The notes under the pieces are model-generated. The model was not told the DNA's origin. It saw nothing but the letters and a program-made list of their open reading frames with translations, and did not search any database. From the IMG/VR virus record IMGVR_UViG_3300042261_001312, positions 1 to 64,000 of that record: a stretch of 64,000 nucleotides of DNA, one strand, 5' to 3'. Made by a program: the position numbers and the translations under genes. Of this stretch, positions 47,707 to 57,828 are shown in pieces (position 1 is the stretch's first letter; the number at the start of each line of letters is the position of its first letter).

Positions 47707-48798
47707 TTATGCAATATATTCGTATCCATCTTTGAATGGTTTACTATATACTGGTCTTATTTCTTTCCAAATTATTTCATCATATGGTTTTTTGTCATAT
47801 AATTTGAATAATATGGAACGATATTTTGATTTTATTGCTTCCATTGCAAATTTTTTACGTTCAACGATGTCATTGACATGATAAATTCTTATAAAATCTA
47901 TCAAAGCAAGTCTTTCAATTTCATTATATTCAATTTGCAAGTGCTTGATTGTTCTTTTCAACCAGTCGTAAAATTCGTCAGGTACTCTATCGAGTAATAT
48001 GTTGAAATCATAGTTATTTTTCAAGTGTTCCCATACAGTTAAGTTTGAAACATTTGTTAAAATACCGTGCAACCTAACATATTCGCTGAATTTAACCTTA
48101 ACTCTCATACCACTTGAAAACTTAACAACAAAACCTTCCATGTTATCTTCTTCAAGTCTTTTCAATTCCATCAAATTTTTGACATTATTCATGTCATATC
48201 TATTTACAATTGTAAAGTACTTGTGATAATTAACAGCCATGTCTCTGTATGTTAATTCCAAACCAGTTTTAGTGTCAATTACTGTAAGCAGTATCAAGTC
48301 ACGCATGTCGCCATAGTTGACAACGATTCTGTTTTCAGGATATATGACTTCAAAAACATATGTGAATAACTTATTTAATTTATCAAAAACATTCGTTTTT
48401 GATATTAGCATTTTTGTTGCTTCAGTCATTTGTTCAGAAATAAATGATCCTCTAGATGCAACAATCCATTTATTAACTGCTTCGTAATGAAACAATAAAA
48501 TCAACGAACCATCCATCTTTTCAAAAACTTCAAAGTCTTGCGACATATCAATTTCTGATGGATCATGTTCTTCATAATTTTTGAACTTAACCATTGGTCT
48601 TGCCAATATGTTACCTTCAGCATCAACAACCATTCCACGACATGAAAGCGTATATTCATCCCAAAATTTCTGTGATTGAGTTTTTGGTGAATAGTTTAAT
48701 ATCCAAATGTCATATTCTGGATGCTTATTTGATACAATAAGATTATTTTCAATGTATTCATTTAATACATTCCAATCAATTTTCTTCAATAATTCCAT
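47707..48798 (-). CDS. T4 Rnl1-type RNA ligase
   Basis: CRG, KFKN, EKMDGSL, SRGSF, EGFVV, RVKVK. Confidence 0.88.
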   Translation of the reverse strand: MELLKKIDWNVLNEYIENNLIVSNKHPEYDIWILNYSPKTQSQKFWDEYTLSCRGMVVDAEGNILARPMVKFKNYEEHDPSEIDMSQDFEVFEKMDGSLILLFHYEAVNKWIVASRGSFISEQMTEATKMLISKTNVFDKLNKLFTYVFEVIYPENRIVVNYGDMRDLILLTVIDTKTGLELTYRDMAVNYHKYFTIVNRYDMNNVKNLMELKRLEEDNMEGFVVKFSSGMRVKVKFSEYVRLHGILTNVSNLTVWEHLKNNYDFNILLDRVPDEFYDWLKRTIKHLQIEYNEIERLALIDFIRIYHVNDIVERKKFAMEAIKSKYRSILFKLYDKKPYDEIIWKEIRPVYSKPFKDGYEYIA

Positions 48799-49846
48799 CT
48801 CTTTTTACTATATATTGTGATTCATATTTTTTTACAAATAAAAACATTGGTTCATATTTAAACTTTACATCTTTGTTACGTAAATTTACGTTAGATAATG
48901 CTAAATAAAATTTTTTAATCAATTTAAAGCCAACTTTTTCTGCTACAGCAATTGTTTCATTCTCAAGATTGAGATTATTTTTCCCCTGAACGTCTGCAAT
49001 ATTGATAATCATACATCCATCAGGTTTTAAGCCAAAATGACAATTTTCAAATGTTTGAGTTAGAAAACCATCAACCCATTCCTTCTTTGTTGGAAATTTA
49101 ATGTAACTTTGATTACGTTCATCACTATATTTTTCCAAATCGAAATATGGAGGTGAAGTAAAGCATAAATCCAAAGAATTGCGCAGTGGTCGATACTCCT
49201 CACTTCCACAATTCAAAAAACTCCAATTCATTTTAGTTGGAAAATCATTTACAATATTAACCAATCCGTCTAATGTTAATGATGATGGTTCTGTCGCAAT
49301 ATAGGTATCAACACCACTTGCGATTGCACCAAGCAATCTTCCACCCCATCCGCCTGACATATCCCAAACAACACCGTTATTTGCAAACATGTCATAAATG
49401 ACTGCTGCAGCAGTTGGTCTGAAATTTGAAACACCTTGAACTCCAGAATATATCTTCAACATTTTTCTAATTCCCGAATCAGATATATATGTGCCCATTT
49501 TCAATCTTTTACGTATGATCTTTATAAAGATTTCATCATCCATAAATGCTTCATATGGTGTTAATCTGCCATTGCACTTGACGTTGAATGCGTGTGGAAA
49601 ATATGACCAAGCAAGACCTAATCCGTGCATTGATTGTTTAACAACATCATCTTCGAAAAGTTTGCTTCTATCATACTCCATCAATGAATTAAAATCTTTG
49701 ACTCTGATTTCCCTATCCGTTGGATGATACGGGAATCCGTTCTCACGATAATAATCAAATATTTTCGTAGCAAATGCATTCAACTCACTTTCTGACATAT
49801 TTCTCCAGTGGCTTTCATTTACAAATATTTCTTCTTTTCTAATCAT
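48776..49846 (-). CDS. Amino-DNA methyltransferase (SPPY type)
   Basis: NFRPTAA, DMSGGWGGRL, FTSPPYF. Confidence 0.85.
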   Translation of the reverse strand: MIRKEEIFVNESHWRNMSESELNAFATKIFDYYRENGFPYHPTDREIRVKDFNSLMEYDRSKLFEDDVVKQSMHGLGLAWSYFPHAFNVKCNGRLTPYEAFMDDEIFIKIIRKRLKMGTYISDSGIRKMLKIYSGVQGVSNFRPTAAAVIYDMFANNGVVWDMSGGWGGRLLGAIASGVDTYIATEPSSLTLDGLVNIVNDFPTKMNWSFLNCGSEEYRPLRNSLDLCFTSPPYFDLEKYSDERNQSYIKFPTKKEWVDGFLTQTFENCHFGLKPDGCMIINIADVQGKNNLNLENETIAVAEKVGFKLIKKFYLALSNVNLRNKDVKFKYEPMFLFVKKYESQYIVKRDGIIEEN

Positions 49847-50349
49847 TTTGTTGCAAATATTATTCCACGTTTCAATTTTGCATTCGGAAATATTTCCTTA
49901 ACAATTTCGAGATAATCTTTCTGTTTTAAATAATGCTGAAATGTACCAGATTTGGTCACTCCAGAGGCTTTATTTGGATTCATATATGTTGATCGAACAA
50001 ATATATATCCACCATCTTTTAGTGCATCAAAAGCCAATTTAAGCGTGTTTATTTGTATCTCACGTTCTTTAATAACATTTAGCACGTTGAAAATTGTTAC
50101 TGTTTCAACTTTACGTGACATACAAAATTCTAACATAAGTGCATTATGCACTTCGCTCCTATTATACGGATCATATATGCAATTTGTTACACTTTTTTCT
50201 GATAATTTTTCAGACATCAAATCGTATTTTCCGCCACCAATATCAAAATTAACAGTGTTGGCTTTCCACCCAAAATATTTATCAATGATTCCAAAACCTG
50301 CTGGAACTTGTTTCATTGAAGTTTTGGCTGACGTATATTCTTGTTCCAT
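49843..50349 (-). CDS. Small SAM-dependent methyltransferase-fold protein
   Basis: FDIGGGKYD, YDPYN, NVLNVI. Confidence 0.7.
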   Translation of the reverse strand: MEQEYTSAKTSMKQVPAGFGIIDKYFGWKANTVNFDIGGGKYDLMSEKLSEKSVTNCIYDPYNRSEVHNALMLEFCMSRKVETVTIFNVLNVIKEREIQINTLKLAFDALKDGGYIFVRSTYMNPNKASGVTKSGTFQHYLKQKDYLEIVKEIFPNAKLKRGIIFATK

Positions 50350-50426
50350 ATTATACCGTATTAAGGTACAAATCTACACAGAATTTTAAACAAAAGCAAA
50401 GTATTTATGTAAAAATTGTGATAATT

Positions 50427-50858
50427 ATGAAGTTAAATGAAATAATTCAAGAAGAAATGGTAAATGTTCTGAATGAAGCATATTCAATGGAACATGAAAA
50501 TTTCAGATTTCGTCAAAGGGTTAGAGATTCTTGGTTTAATAATTATGAAGGATTCTCAAATGATTATGATACCGATATTACTGAAAGTGATATTATTGTT
50601 AATTGGCATATTATTTTTTGGTTAAATGATTTTGGCGTTGAAAATTTTGTTATTAATGTTGACAGTGTTGAAGGTATTTATAGAGTTCAATTACTTAATA
50701 AACAGACTGATATGACTGAACAAGAAGTAGATAAAGACATTTCAGAAATTGATTGGAAATTTGAAGTTGGTGATGCTGCACTTCAATTAAATGGAAGTCT
50801 TTATGTTACTGGATTGAATTTCGATTTTAAAACTAATGTTTGTAGAGTACAATTTTAA
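50427..50858 (+). CDS. Acidic hypothetical protein with IIQEE-type leader
   Basis: GTATTTAT at 50401; MKLNEIIQEEMVNVLNEAY. Confidence 0.7.
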   Translation: MKLNEIIQEEMVNVLNEAYSMEHENFRFRQRVRDSWFNNYEGFSNDYDTDITESDIIVNWHIIFWLNDFGVENFVINVDSVEGIYRVQLLNKQTDMTEQEVDKDISEIDWKFEVGDAALQLNGSLYVTGLNFDFKTNVCRVQF

Positions 50859-50862
50859 ATCA

Positions 50863-51690
50863 ATGAGTAAATTAATTGAAATAATCAACGAAGAAATAGT
50901 AAAGTCATTCAGAAATATTGAGTATGATGACGATGATATTATAAATCCAGATGAAATTGATTTGCGTAGTGAGTACAACAAATTAAATGCACAATTATTT
51001 AATGATAGATTACCAGAAGTTCCAATAATGTGGGGTGGTAGAAAAACTGCATTGGGACATGTTACTGCAAATATTAATAAAAGAACTGGCGAAATTATTA
51101 TAAAATCTTTAACAATATCAAACTTCCGTGCATTACCATACAGATCATTTTTAAATGTTTTAGCACATGAAATGATTCATGTTGAATTATTTGATGATGG
51201 ATATTATAATCCAAATGATCACCATGACTATAGATTTATGTCAGAAGCACGTAGAATTAATGGAATGGGTCTTGGACTTAATATTACTAAAAGAAATGAC
51301 GAACCATTAGGTGTTTCGGATGTGGTCAAAGCGAGGACAAAAGGAAAACGAATGATTGCAGTTCTTTTGAATATTGACGGCAAAACATTTGGATGTACAA
51401 CAACAGAAAGTGCATATAATTCTGAATTCGGCAGCATTGTTTACATGTATCAGAATTTTGTTAATCAGGGAAAATACAATACTGTGGAAATAACTGTGAT
51501 TAATTCAGCGAATAGTGAATTATTGAGATTTCCAATGAAAAGAACATTTAGGAGGGGAATTTCATATGTACCAATTTCAAGAGAATTATATGATCAATTG
51601 TTGGGTGACTATGAACTATTCCACAAAAAAATAGTAAAAGGCGCATTATACGAAGAAGATAGTGAATGGGAAGAAATAATAGTAAGTTAA
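50863..51690 (+). CDS. SprT-like zinc metalloprotease domain protein
   Basis: YNKLNAQLF, LAHEMIHV, HHD..F. Confidence 0.75.
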   Translation: MSKLIEIINEEIVKSFRNIEYDDDDIINPDEIDLRSEYNKLNAQLFNDRLPEVPIMWGGRKTALGHVTANINKRTGEIIIKSLTISNFRALPYRSFLNVLAHEMIHVELFDDGYYNPNDHHDYRFMSEARRINGMGLGLNITKRNDEPLGVSDVVKARTKGKRMIAVLLNIDGKTFGCTTTESAYNSEFGSIVYMYQNFVNQGKYNTVEITVINSANSELLRFPMKRTFRRGISYVPISRELYDQLLGDYELFHKKIVKGALYEEDSEWEEIIVS

Positions 51691-51702
51691 AAAATATAGA
51701 AA

Positions 51703-52398
51703 ATGAAAGATAGTAAACAAAGACTTTTTGAAGTCATGCAAAGAGTAGACCCCAACTTTAAACCCAAAATGGTTGAAATAACACCTAAAATGGCTGGGGT
51801 TGCAATAAATCGTAATTTAGGGGGTGATTTGAGAACTAAAAGAATATCAAAAGATGCTATTACAAGTTTATTCAGTAAATATATTGGCAAAAGTATTCCA
51901 TTTTATCTCAAGGTTAGTGATACTGATAAACCAACAAAATATGAATTGGTTGAAGTCACATTTAATCGAGACCCTTCAATGCGTACCGATTATTCTTCTC
52001 TTGATGAAGGTGGAGATTATGTATTAAAATTATATTTCTATAATGATGCAGGCACTGATGATGACGCACCGTATGCAGAAAATAAGAAAAATATTGTATT
52101 GTCGTATGTTTTAATAAATGATAAATATGACTCACCAGAAAGGAGTTTCTATTATAATCAATTTGCAATCAATTTATTACTATATGCAGCAAACGTTATA
52201 AGAAAAGCATACTTCAGTGCATTTCCAATACGTACTGAACTTGGAGATGGTAGTTATGGCATCAACACTAGCGTAACAGAAGAAAAAATGAAATCTAATT
52301 TGACTAAACAAAGTTTTAGACAATTCCCGTTTAGTTCAAGTGATATGGAAAATCGAAGTAACATTAAACCAGAACCAACTGAAGATGGTTACTTCTAA
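51703..52398 (+). CDS. Hypothetical protein with KQRLFE leader
   Basis: MKDSKQRLFEVMQRVDPNFK. Confidence 0.7.
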   Translation: MKDSKQRLFEVMQRVDPNFKPKMVEITPKMAGVAINRNLGGDLRTKRISKDAITSLFSKYIGKSIPFYLKVSDTDKPTKYELVEVTFNRDPSMRTDYSSLDEGGDYVLKLYFYNDAGTDDDAPYAENKKNIVLSYVLINDKYDSPERSFYYNQFAINLLLYAANVIRKAYFSAFPIRTELGDGSYGINTSVTEEKMKSNLTKQSFRQFPFSSSDMENRSNIKPEPTEDGYF

Positions 52399-52427
52399 AA
52401 ATAATAGTAATTTAAATTAAAATTTGT

Positions 52428-52622
52428 ATGAGAAAATTGTGGGAAAAGGTAAAAGCGTGGTTCTTGAAAAATTGGCTTATGGTAGTAAATTATTTAGTAA
52501 TACTTATTGCATATTCTAATGTACAAGGAAAAGACGGTGTTGTATTAGCAGAAGTTCTTTTAGGACTTTGGATATTTACATCAGTTGCATATGGCGGATA
52601 TAAATGGTTTAAGAAACAATAA
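52428..52622 (+). CDS. Small two-TM membrane protein
   Basis: Two hydrophobic helices, basic C-terminus. Confidence 0.6.
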   Translation: MRKLWEKVKAWFLKNWLMVVNYLVILIAYSNVQGKDGVVLAEVLLGLWIFTSVAYGGYKWFKKQ

Positions 52623-52624
52623 AT

Positions 52625-52655
52625 AAAAAAACCCTGAATTTCTTCAGGGTTTTTT
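52625..52655. terminator. Bidirectional terminator between converging units
   Basis: A-run-ACCCTGAA-tttc-TTCAGGGT-T-run. Confidence 0.85.
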
Positions 52656-52656
52656 G

Positions 52657-52727
52657 TTGCGACAATGGAAGTCGAATCCATATCAACTCCTTATGAGAGA
52701 GGTGTCCTACCTTTGGACGATATCGCA
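52657..52727 (-). tRNA. tRNA-Met(CAT) (elongator Met or Ile2)
   Basis: CCTCT-CTCATAA-GGAGT. Confidence 0.8.
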
Positions 52728-52729
52728 GT

Positions 52730-53017
52730 TTAAAATTTTACTTTAAAATGTGAAAATTCATTGTGTTTAATTACTTCTTCCAAAACCAACGATTTTTCCA
52801 TCCATTGTTTTCTATTTTTAGAAACAAGTTTCCAATTAGGAAATCTAACCTCATTTCTAATAAAACCGCCATACCATTTACCATCATAATTTTCATTGCT
52901 GTGATATTTACAATATGAACAATGAATACCATTTTTTCTGTGCGTCAAATATGACTTGTATGCACGATTATAATCACCACGATTAGTGGTATTTTCAACA
53001 ATTTTTTTCGACTTCAT
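52730..53017 (-). CDS. Hypothetical protein
   Basis: Open frame. Confidence 0.6.
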   Translation of the reverse strand: MKSKKIVENTTNRGDYNRAYKSYLTHRKNGIHCSYCKYHSNENYDGKWYGGFIRNEVRFPNWKLVSKNRKQWMEKSLVLEEVIKHNEFSHFKVKF

Positions 53018-53072
53018 TTCTTATAAGCCGCATTAGAGCGAACTTATAAGACTTTAAATTTTTCTTTCATAA

Positions 53073-53555
53073 TTATCTACCTAACTTTAATTGTATATGT
53101 TTAACAAATAATGCATCTGCCACTTCTTTTGACAACGGTGTTGATCCAACAGCCGACCCCATCAATTTTGATCTTTCATCATGCGGAATTGAAAATGCTG
53201 CATGTAAAATTTCATGAAAAACCACTTGTCTTAAATAACCTTGATACATTCCACTCAAACAATCTTCGGGAATCCAAATCTCTTTAGCACCCATTGTTGC
53301 AGTCCCTAAAGAATGTTTACGAATAACTTCGTTTGGGTCTTTATCAACAACTCTTGCCTGAATTCTAGGCAAATCAACGCCAATGCTTGCAGCCAATCTT
53401 TTGGCTTCATAAATTACATCAATGACTTTCCTTCTTTTTTCATATACTTCTGGATTCATTTCTTTTTTAATGTAACCAGCAGGTGTATATTCTTTACGTC
53501 TTGGTCTATCACCGTAATCACGTCTTGGTCTGTTTCCGTATTCTTCAATTGCCAT
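53073..53555 (-). CDS. HExxH zinc metallopeptidase-like protein
   Basis: VVFHEILHAAFSIPHD. Confidence 0.65.
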   Translation of the reverse strand: MAIEEYGNRPRRDYGDRPRRKEYTPAGYIKKEMNPEVYEKRRKVIDVIYEAKRLAASIGVDLPRIQARVVDKDPNEVIRKHSLGTATMGAKEIWIPEDCLSGMYQGYLRQVVFHEILHAAFSIPHDERSKLMGSAVGSTPLSKEVADALFVKHIQLKLGR

Positions 53556-53588
53556 GTTAAATGTTTTAAGATAAATACACTAATGGTT

Positions 53589-53711
53589 TTATTTAGGTGA
53601 TTTTTTCTTTATGATTTTTTTAACACCAGCGTTTTTTCTTCGTGGATCATTAATCTTTAATGGTTTTCCGCAACCACAATCATCTTCTTTACTATTCTTT
53701 GTATTTGCCAT
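53589..53711 (-). CDS. Small basic protein (40 aa, MANTKNSKEDDCGCGKP...)
   Basis: Hand-translated. Confidence 0.5.
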   Translation of the reverse strand: MANTKNSKEDDCGCGKPLKINDPRRKNAGVKKIIKKKSPK

Positions 53712-53889
53712 GACTAAGCCTTATTTCATCATTTTTATTTACTTTGCACAAACCCATGCCATCGTGCTCATAAAGTCTGCCTTCTGCTTTTAATTCACGA
53801 ATACGTTCAGGGTCTTCAACTTTTGTATATCCATACCCATCATCTTCGTAATATCCCTTATCAAGCCAATTATGAAATAATAAACTCAT
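53692..53889 (-). CDS. Small hypothetical protein
   Basis: Open frame. Confidence 0.55.
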   Translation of the reverse strand: MSLLFHNWLDKGYYEDDGYGYTKVEDPERIRELKAEGRLYEHDGMGLCKVNKNDEIRLSHGKYKE

Positions 53890-53909
53890 ATATCATCAAT
53901 AATAATTTG

Positions 53910-54016
53910 TAGCGGGGAAGGGATTTGAACCCTCACGGTCATTACTGACCACCAGATTTGGGTTACTTTGTATGAAGTACTAAGTCTGGGATGTCTACCA
54001 ATTTCATCACCCCGCC
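53910..54016 (-). tRNA. Leu-type tRNA with a 21-nt insertion in the anticodon loop
   Basis: Class II body; CCAGA/TCTGG stem closes a 28-nt loop CTTAGTACTTCATACAAAGTAACCCAAA. Confidence 0.75.
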
Positions 54017-54021
54017 ATTTT

Positions 54022-54453
54022 TTATATCGCCAAAACCAATCTCAAATCTTCTTTGTTATAGATATGAACTACTGTACCTTGACCAAATATCATTTGAAAA
54101 TAATAGCCATTGAAATCACAGACTTCATTTGGAAATGAACAATCTAATTTTGGTACTTTAACAGATTCACCATTTCTAAAAACATAGTCAATAATAAATT
54201 GCATTTTGTTATTTGGATATGGCATAAATCCATTATGATAGCAATTAGTGATATAATTATCATCATGCTCTAAAATAACCCGATACATTAATTTATCGAA
54301 ATCATTATGTTTCAGCCATTTCCCAAATCGTTTAAAACGATTTAATTTAATATCTTCTTCTTTATTTTTAGACCCAAAATATTCTTTACCTTCTTCAGAT
54401 TCTGCCCATTCTTTGAGTTCTTTAATAATAATATCTATGTTAATTTTACTCAT
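54022..54453 (-). CDS. Hypothetical protein
   Basis: Open frame. Confidence 0.65.
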   Translation of the reverse strand: MSKINIDIIIKELKEWAESEEGKEYFGSKNKEEDIKLNRFKRFGKWLKHNDFDKLMYRVILEHDDNYITNCYHNGFMPYPNNKMQFIIDYVFRNGESVKVPKLDCSFPNEVCDFNGYYFQMIFGQGTVVHIYNKEDLRLVLAI

Positions 54454-54456
54454 TTA

Positions 54457-54810
54457 TCAATTATTAATATGTCCAACAATAGTTCTTTTCATTCCATTTT
54501 TATCAACAACAACTGCGGTTGAGTCACTTCCAATGAAATCAATTCTACATTTTCTCACGGATTGAAATGCAAACCAATTATTGTCGTCGATTTCAATGTA
54601 ATCACCGACTGAGTACAATTCTCCTCTAAATTCAAATTTTCTTTCCACTTGGTTCTTTTCTAAAACTCCATTTGTCAAATCCGAATTGTTCGATTTTGTA
54701 CTTGTCAGCAACTTCGACAATTTCTTTTTCACCTTTTCCCAAAACGCCACCCAAAAACATTTCAATCTCCTGAAATGCTTGGAATGCATCAAATATTTTA
54801 TAAAATTCAT
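54457..54810 (-). CDS. Hypothetical protein; only the C-terminal part is likely real
   Basis: N-part overlaps 54632-55333; a GTG start near 54648 is possible. Confidence 0.4.
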   Translation of the reverse strand: MNFIKYLMHSKHFRRLKCFWVAFWEKVKKKLSKLLTSTKSNNSDLTNGVLEKNQVERKFEFRGELYSVGDYIEIDDNNWFAFQSVRKCRIDFIGSDSTAVVVDKNGMKRTIVGHINN

Positions 54811-55333
54811 ATTCTTTCAATATTGGATTGAGATAAAATTTACCATTACGTCTACTATTATAATCATAATCATCATAAACAAAAACAGGCACATTAAATT
54901 CTCTAAAAATTTCAATCGGATTATAATTCATGATATAATTATAGTCTTCAGTTAAATTGGAGTGCCATCCTTCATTTTGAACAATTTCTCGAACCACATC
55001 AAAATCATATGTTGTTAAGACATTATCAACTTCACCGAATTTATGTGGTGTATAAAATTGAAATCCAACATAAAGTTTTCCACAGAATCCAACAATAAAA
55101 TGTGAATATGTTTCATATATTGAACGATATTCTTTCTTGAAAACATTACCTCCCAATCTCGTAAAAGCATTTCTGATTTTGTTTTCAGTACGATTGTCTT
55201 TTAATCTGAACATTGAAGGAAAATCTTTGCTTTCAACTTCAGTCAATTCACGATTATAAACAAGTGTTTTATCAACACCCATTGTACCTACAACACCATC
55301 GTAATAATCTTTTTTCTTTGAAATAATTAACAT
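54632..55333 (-). CDS. Conserved phage hypothetical protein (MLIIS..KDYYD...GFDKWSFR)
   Basis: Behind ECF promoter 55392. Confidence 0.7.
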   Translation of the reverse strand: MLIISKKKDYYDGVVGTMGVDKTLVYNRELTEVESKDFPSMFRLKDNRTENKIRNAFTRLGGNVFKKEYRSIYETYSHFIVGFCGKLYVGFQFYTPHKFGEVDNVLTTYDFDVVREIVQNEGWHSNLTEDYNYIMNYNPIEIFREFNVPVFVYDDYDYNSRRNGKFYLNPILKEYEFYKIFDAFQAFQEIEMFLGGVLGKGEKEIVEVADKYKIEQFGFDKWSFRKEPSGKKI

Positions 55334-55391
55334 TGTGATTTTAATTTACGGTTTCAAAAATAAAACATTTATTAATAATAAACAAGCGTTA

Positions 55392-55418
55392 TACGTAAAT
55401 AATGTTTAAAAGGTTACA
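55392..55418 (-). promoter_or_regulatory. ECF-type promoter
   Basis: TGTAAC-N17-CGTA. Confidence 0.75.
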
Positions 55419-56119
55419 TTATTTTTAATCCATTTTCGAATTGTGTTATCACTAACGCCATATTTTTTGCCTGTAGAAACATAACCAATTTCATTAACAT
55501 ACTTTAATAATTCATTCAAATCTGGTCGTACTTTTAATTTACGTAAATTAATGTGGTGACATTTTTTACATGTAGTACTTTCGTTGTTTATAATTGTACC
55601 ACATTTACAAAAATTATGCTTTGAACTCTTTTTAACTTTTTTGACTTTTTTTGAACATTTATTATTTTTACCACCAAATGTTTCTGATTGTGAATGACAA
55701 TTAGGGCATAAAAACTCCAAATTTTGAATTCTATTATCATTATTCACACCATTTTTGTGTTCTAATTGTAATGATAATTTTTTGCCGTTCCAATGACCAT
55801 TATTACCACATTTACATTTATATTCTAGCAACCCTTCACTTACCAAACGATTTTTTAATGTTGCTCTATTTGTATATGTGGAATTTTCAATTAGAATACT
55901 TTCAATTGGAATTCTATTTTTATTTTTCCCACTCTCGCCATAATAATGGTATTTAGGAATTTCAATGTTTCTTTTTTTTAATTGTGATTTAATTGTTGCA
56001 TATCCACCACTACCATTACTACAATAGCCAAATGTTATTAATGCTTCTCTTAATGATTTACTTTGTGACAATACACAAATAATTTCCTTGTTACTGTACT
56101 TCTCAATTTTACTGCTCAT
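55406..56119 (-). mobile_element. HNH homing endonuclease with C-terminal HTH
   Basis: LQLEHKNG.NNDNR..NL..LCPNCHSQ. Confidence 0.88.
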
Positions 56120-56184
56120 AATAATCTTTTTTATATAAATACGATATCGAACAGCAAAAGTATATTTACAGCATAACTAATTTG

Positions 56185-56256
56185 CACGTCTGGAAGTAAT
56201 CGAAACCTCATCAACGGGTTTGGAATCCGCTATCTTAACCATTAGACGACAGACGT
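56185..56256 (-). tRNA. tRNA-Trp(CCA)
   Basis: GCGGA-TTCCAAA-CCCGT; G73. Confidence 0.85.
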
Positions 56257-56284
56257 GTATGTTGTCTGGAATCTCCAGACGTTT

Positions 56285-56755
56285 TTAAAATAATGCTTTA
56301 CCTAAAACATAGCATATTGAACCAAACGCAACCAATTCAAGCCACCAAGTTTTATTTTTAATGTTGGTTAATAATATAATCAAACTCATAATGATAAAAA
56401 ATGCATTCACATAATACATTTTAAAATCAAATGCGATTGATAACTGACTGAATATAACTCCAGCAATTGCGCTGACTTCGTGCATTGTTTTATCATTGTC
56501 TTTGAATGCTGCTGCTGCCCCGACAAAACAAATTCCACCTGTTGCTAAAAACATTAGAAAATTATCAGTCAAATCAATACCAACAATCATCGCTGGAAGC
56601 GCAAAACCCCAACAAAATAATGTGAACAAAAAATTAATGTTCTTCGGTAATACATAATAACTATCCGAAATTGATGGCAATACACCATACTTATTCCAAA
56701 TAAATCCAACATATCCTGCAAATACTGCAAGCATAATAAAATAAAGTGCAATCAT
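56285..56755 (-). CDS. Multi-pass membrane protein
   Basis: Five to six hydrophobic helices. Confidence 0.75.
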   Translation of the reverse strand: MIALYFIMLAVFAGYVGFIWNKYGVLPSISDSYYVLPKNINFLFTLFCWGFALPAMIVGIDLTDNFLMFLATGGICFVGAAAAFKDNDKTMHEVSAIAGVIFSQLSIAFDFKMYYVNAFFIIMSLIILLTNIKNKTWWLELVAFGSICYVLGKALF

Positions 56756-56803
56756 AATTTATATTTTTTCAATAAATACTGATGTCTGGAGATTCCAGAA
56801 ATG

Positions 56804-56876
56804 TATCCCGTCTCAGATTCGAACTGAGAAACTTGGGTTTTGAATCCAATACGGTTGCCAATTACGTCAACGGGAC
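56804..56876 (-). tRNA. tRNA-Leu(CAA), short variable arm
   Basis: TTGGA-TTCAAAA-CCCAA. Confidence 0.82.
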
Positions 56877-56881
56877 ATATG

Positions 56882-56956
56882 TGGAATCGAAGGGCATCGA
56901 ACCCTCACGTCTTCTGAGTGCAAATCAGATGTTTTAGCCAATTAAACTACGACCCC
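56882..56956 (-). tRNA. tRNA-Ala(TGC)
   Basis: GGGGTCG/CGATTCC with G3:U70; TCTGA-TTTGCAC-TCAGA. Confidence 0.9.
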
Positions 56957-56968
56957 ATGTTAATTTTG

Positions 56969-57041
56969 TACTCTCGGTGAGATTCGAACTCACAACATTT
57001 TCATTCTAAGTGAAACGACTCTGCCGTTGGTCTACGAGAGC
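56969..57041 (-). tRNA. tRNA-Leu(TAG), short variable arm
   Basis: TTTCA-CTTAGAA-TGAAA. Confidence 0.85.
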
Positions 57042-57047
57042 ATATTG

Positions 57048-57120
57048 TACACTCGGTGAGATTCGAACCCACACTGGACAGTTTCTTAGACTGACGACTC
57101 TACCGTTGGTCTACGAGTGC
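57048..57120 (-). tRNA. tRNA-Leu(AAG), short variable arm
   Basis: TCAGT-CTAAGAA-ACTGT. Confidence 0.82.
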
Positions 57121-57126
57121 ATATTG

Positions 57127-57200
57127 TGACTCAAGTCGGACTCGAACCGACACTGTATTGCTTTTAAAACAATTGTCTCCTGCCGTTGGACTACTGAGCC
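57127..57200 (-). tRNA. tRNA-Leu(TAA), short variable arm
   Basis: ATTGT-TTTAAAA-GCAAT. Confidence 0.85.
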
Positions 57201-57203
57201 ATA

Positions 57204-57256
57204 ATTTATAGGCGAATTAACCGATATTATACATTTATAGGCGAATTAACCGATAT
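57204..57256. repeat. 24-bp perfect direct repeat at the HNH gene 3' end
   Basis: atttataggcgaattaaccgatat at 57204 and 57233. Confidence 0.85.
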
Positions 57257-57761
57257 AATTCTTATATTTCCTTAAATATATATTTCTTTTAGTTTCTTTT
57301 ATATTATTAATACCACCTTTATTTGTAATTTGTTGTGAATGACAATTAGGACAAATTAATCTAAGATTATCTGGCATACAATTATCTGAATTTCCATCAA
57401 TATGGTCAACTTCTAATGTTAACGGCTTGTCATTCCATTCATTTCCACATCCACATTCAACACAATTTTCGCCATGTAATTTAATCAATATTTTTCGTAA
57501 TGTGACATTCTGATATACTTTACCAGCATAAAACTTAGTCAATGTCTTATTTTCGTATTGAAAATTATTATAACATTTTATGTCACAAAATCTATTAATA
57601 TTTTTCTCTAAAATATTTCCACAATACAAACAATTTTTTATTTCTTTGTTTTTTTTCGGATAAATTTTGTTATTATATTTAGTCGCACAACTTTTATTAC
57701 AAAATTTATTATTTTGATTATTTAAATCATTACCACATTCTAAGCATTTTTTCGAATTCAT
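57246..57761 (-). mobile_element. HNH homing endonuclease
   Basis: LEVDHIDGNSDN...NLRLICPNCHSQ. Confidence 0.88.
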
Positions 57762-57828
57762 GATTATTAATTTTTTTATAAATACTCGATAATTCGAAAT
57801 ATGCAAACATTCTGAAGAAAAAATATTG

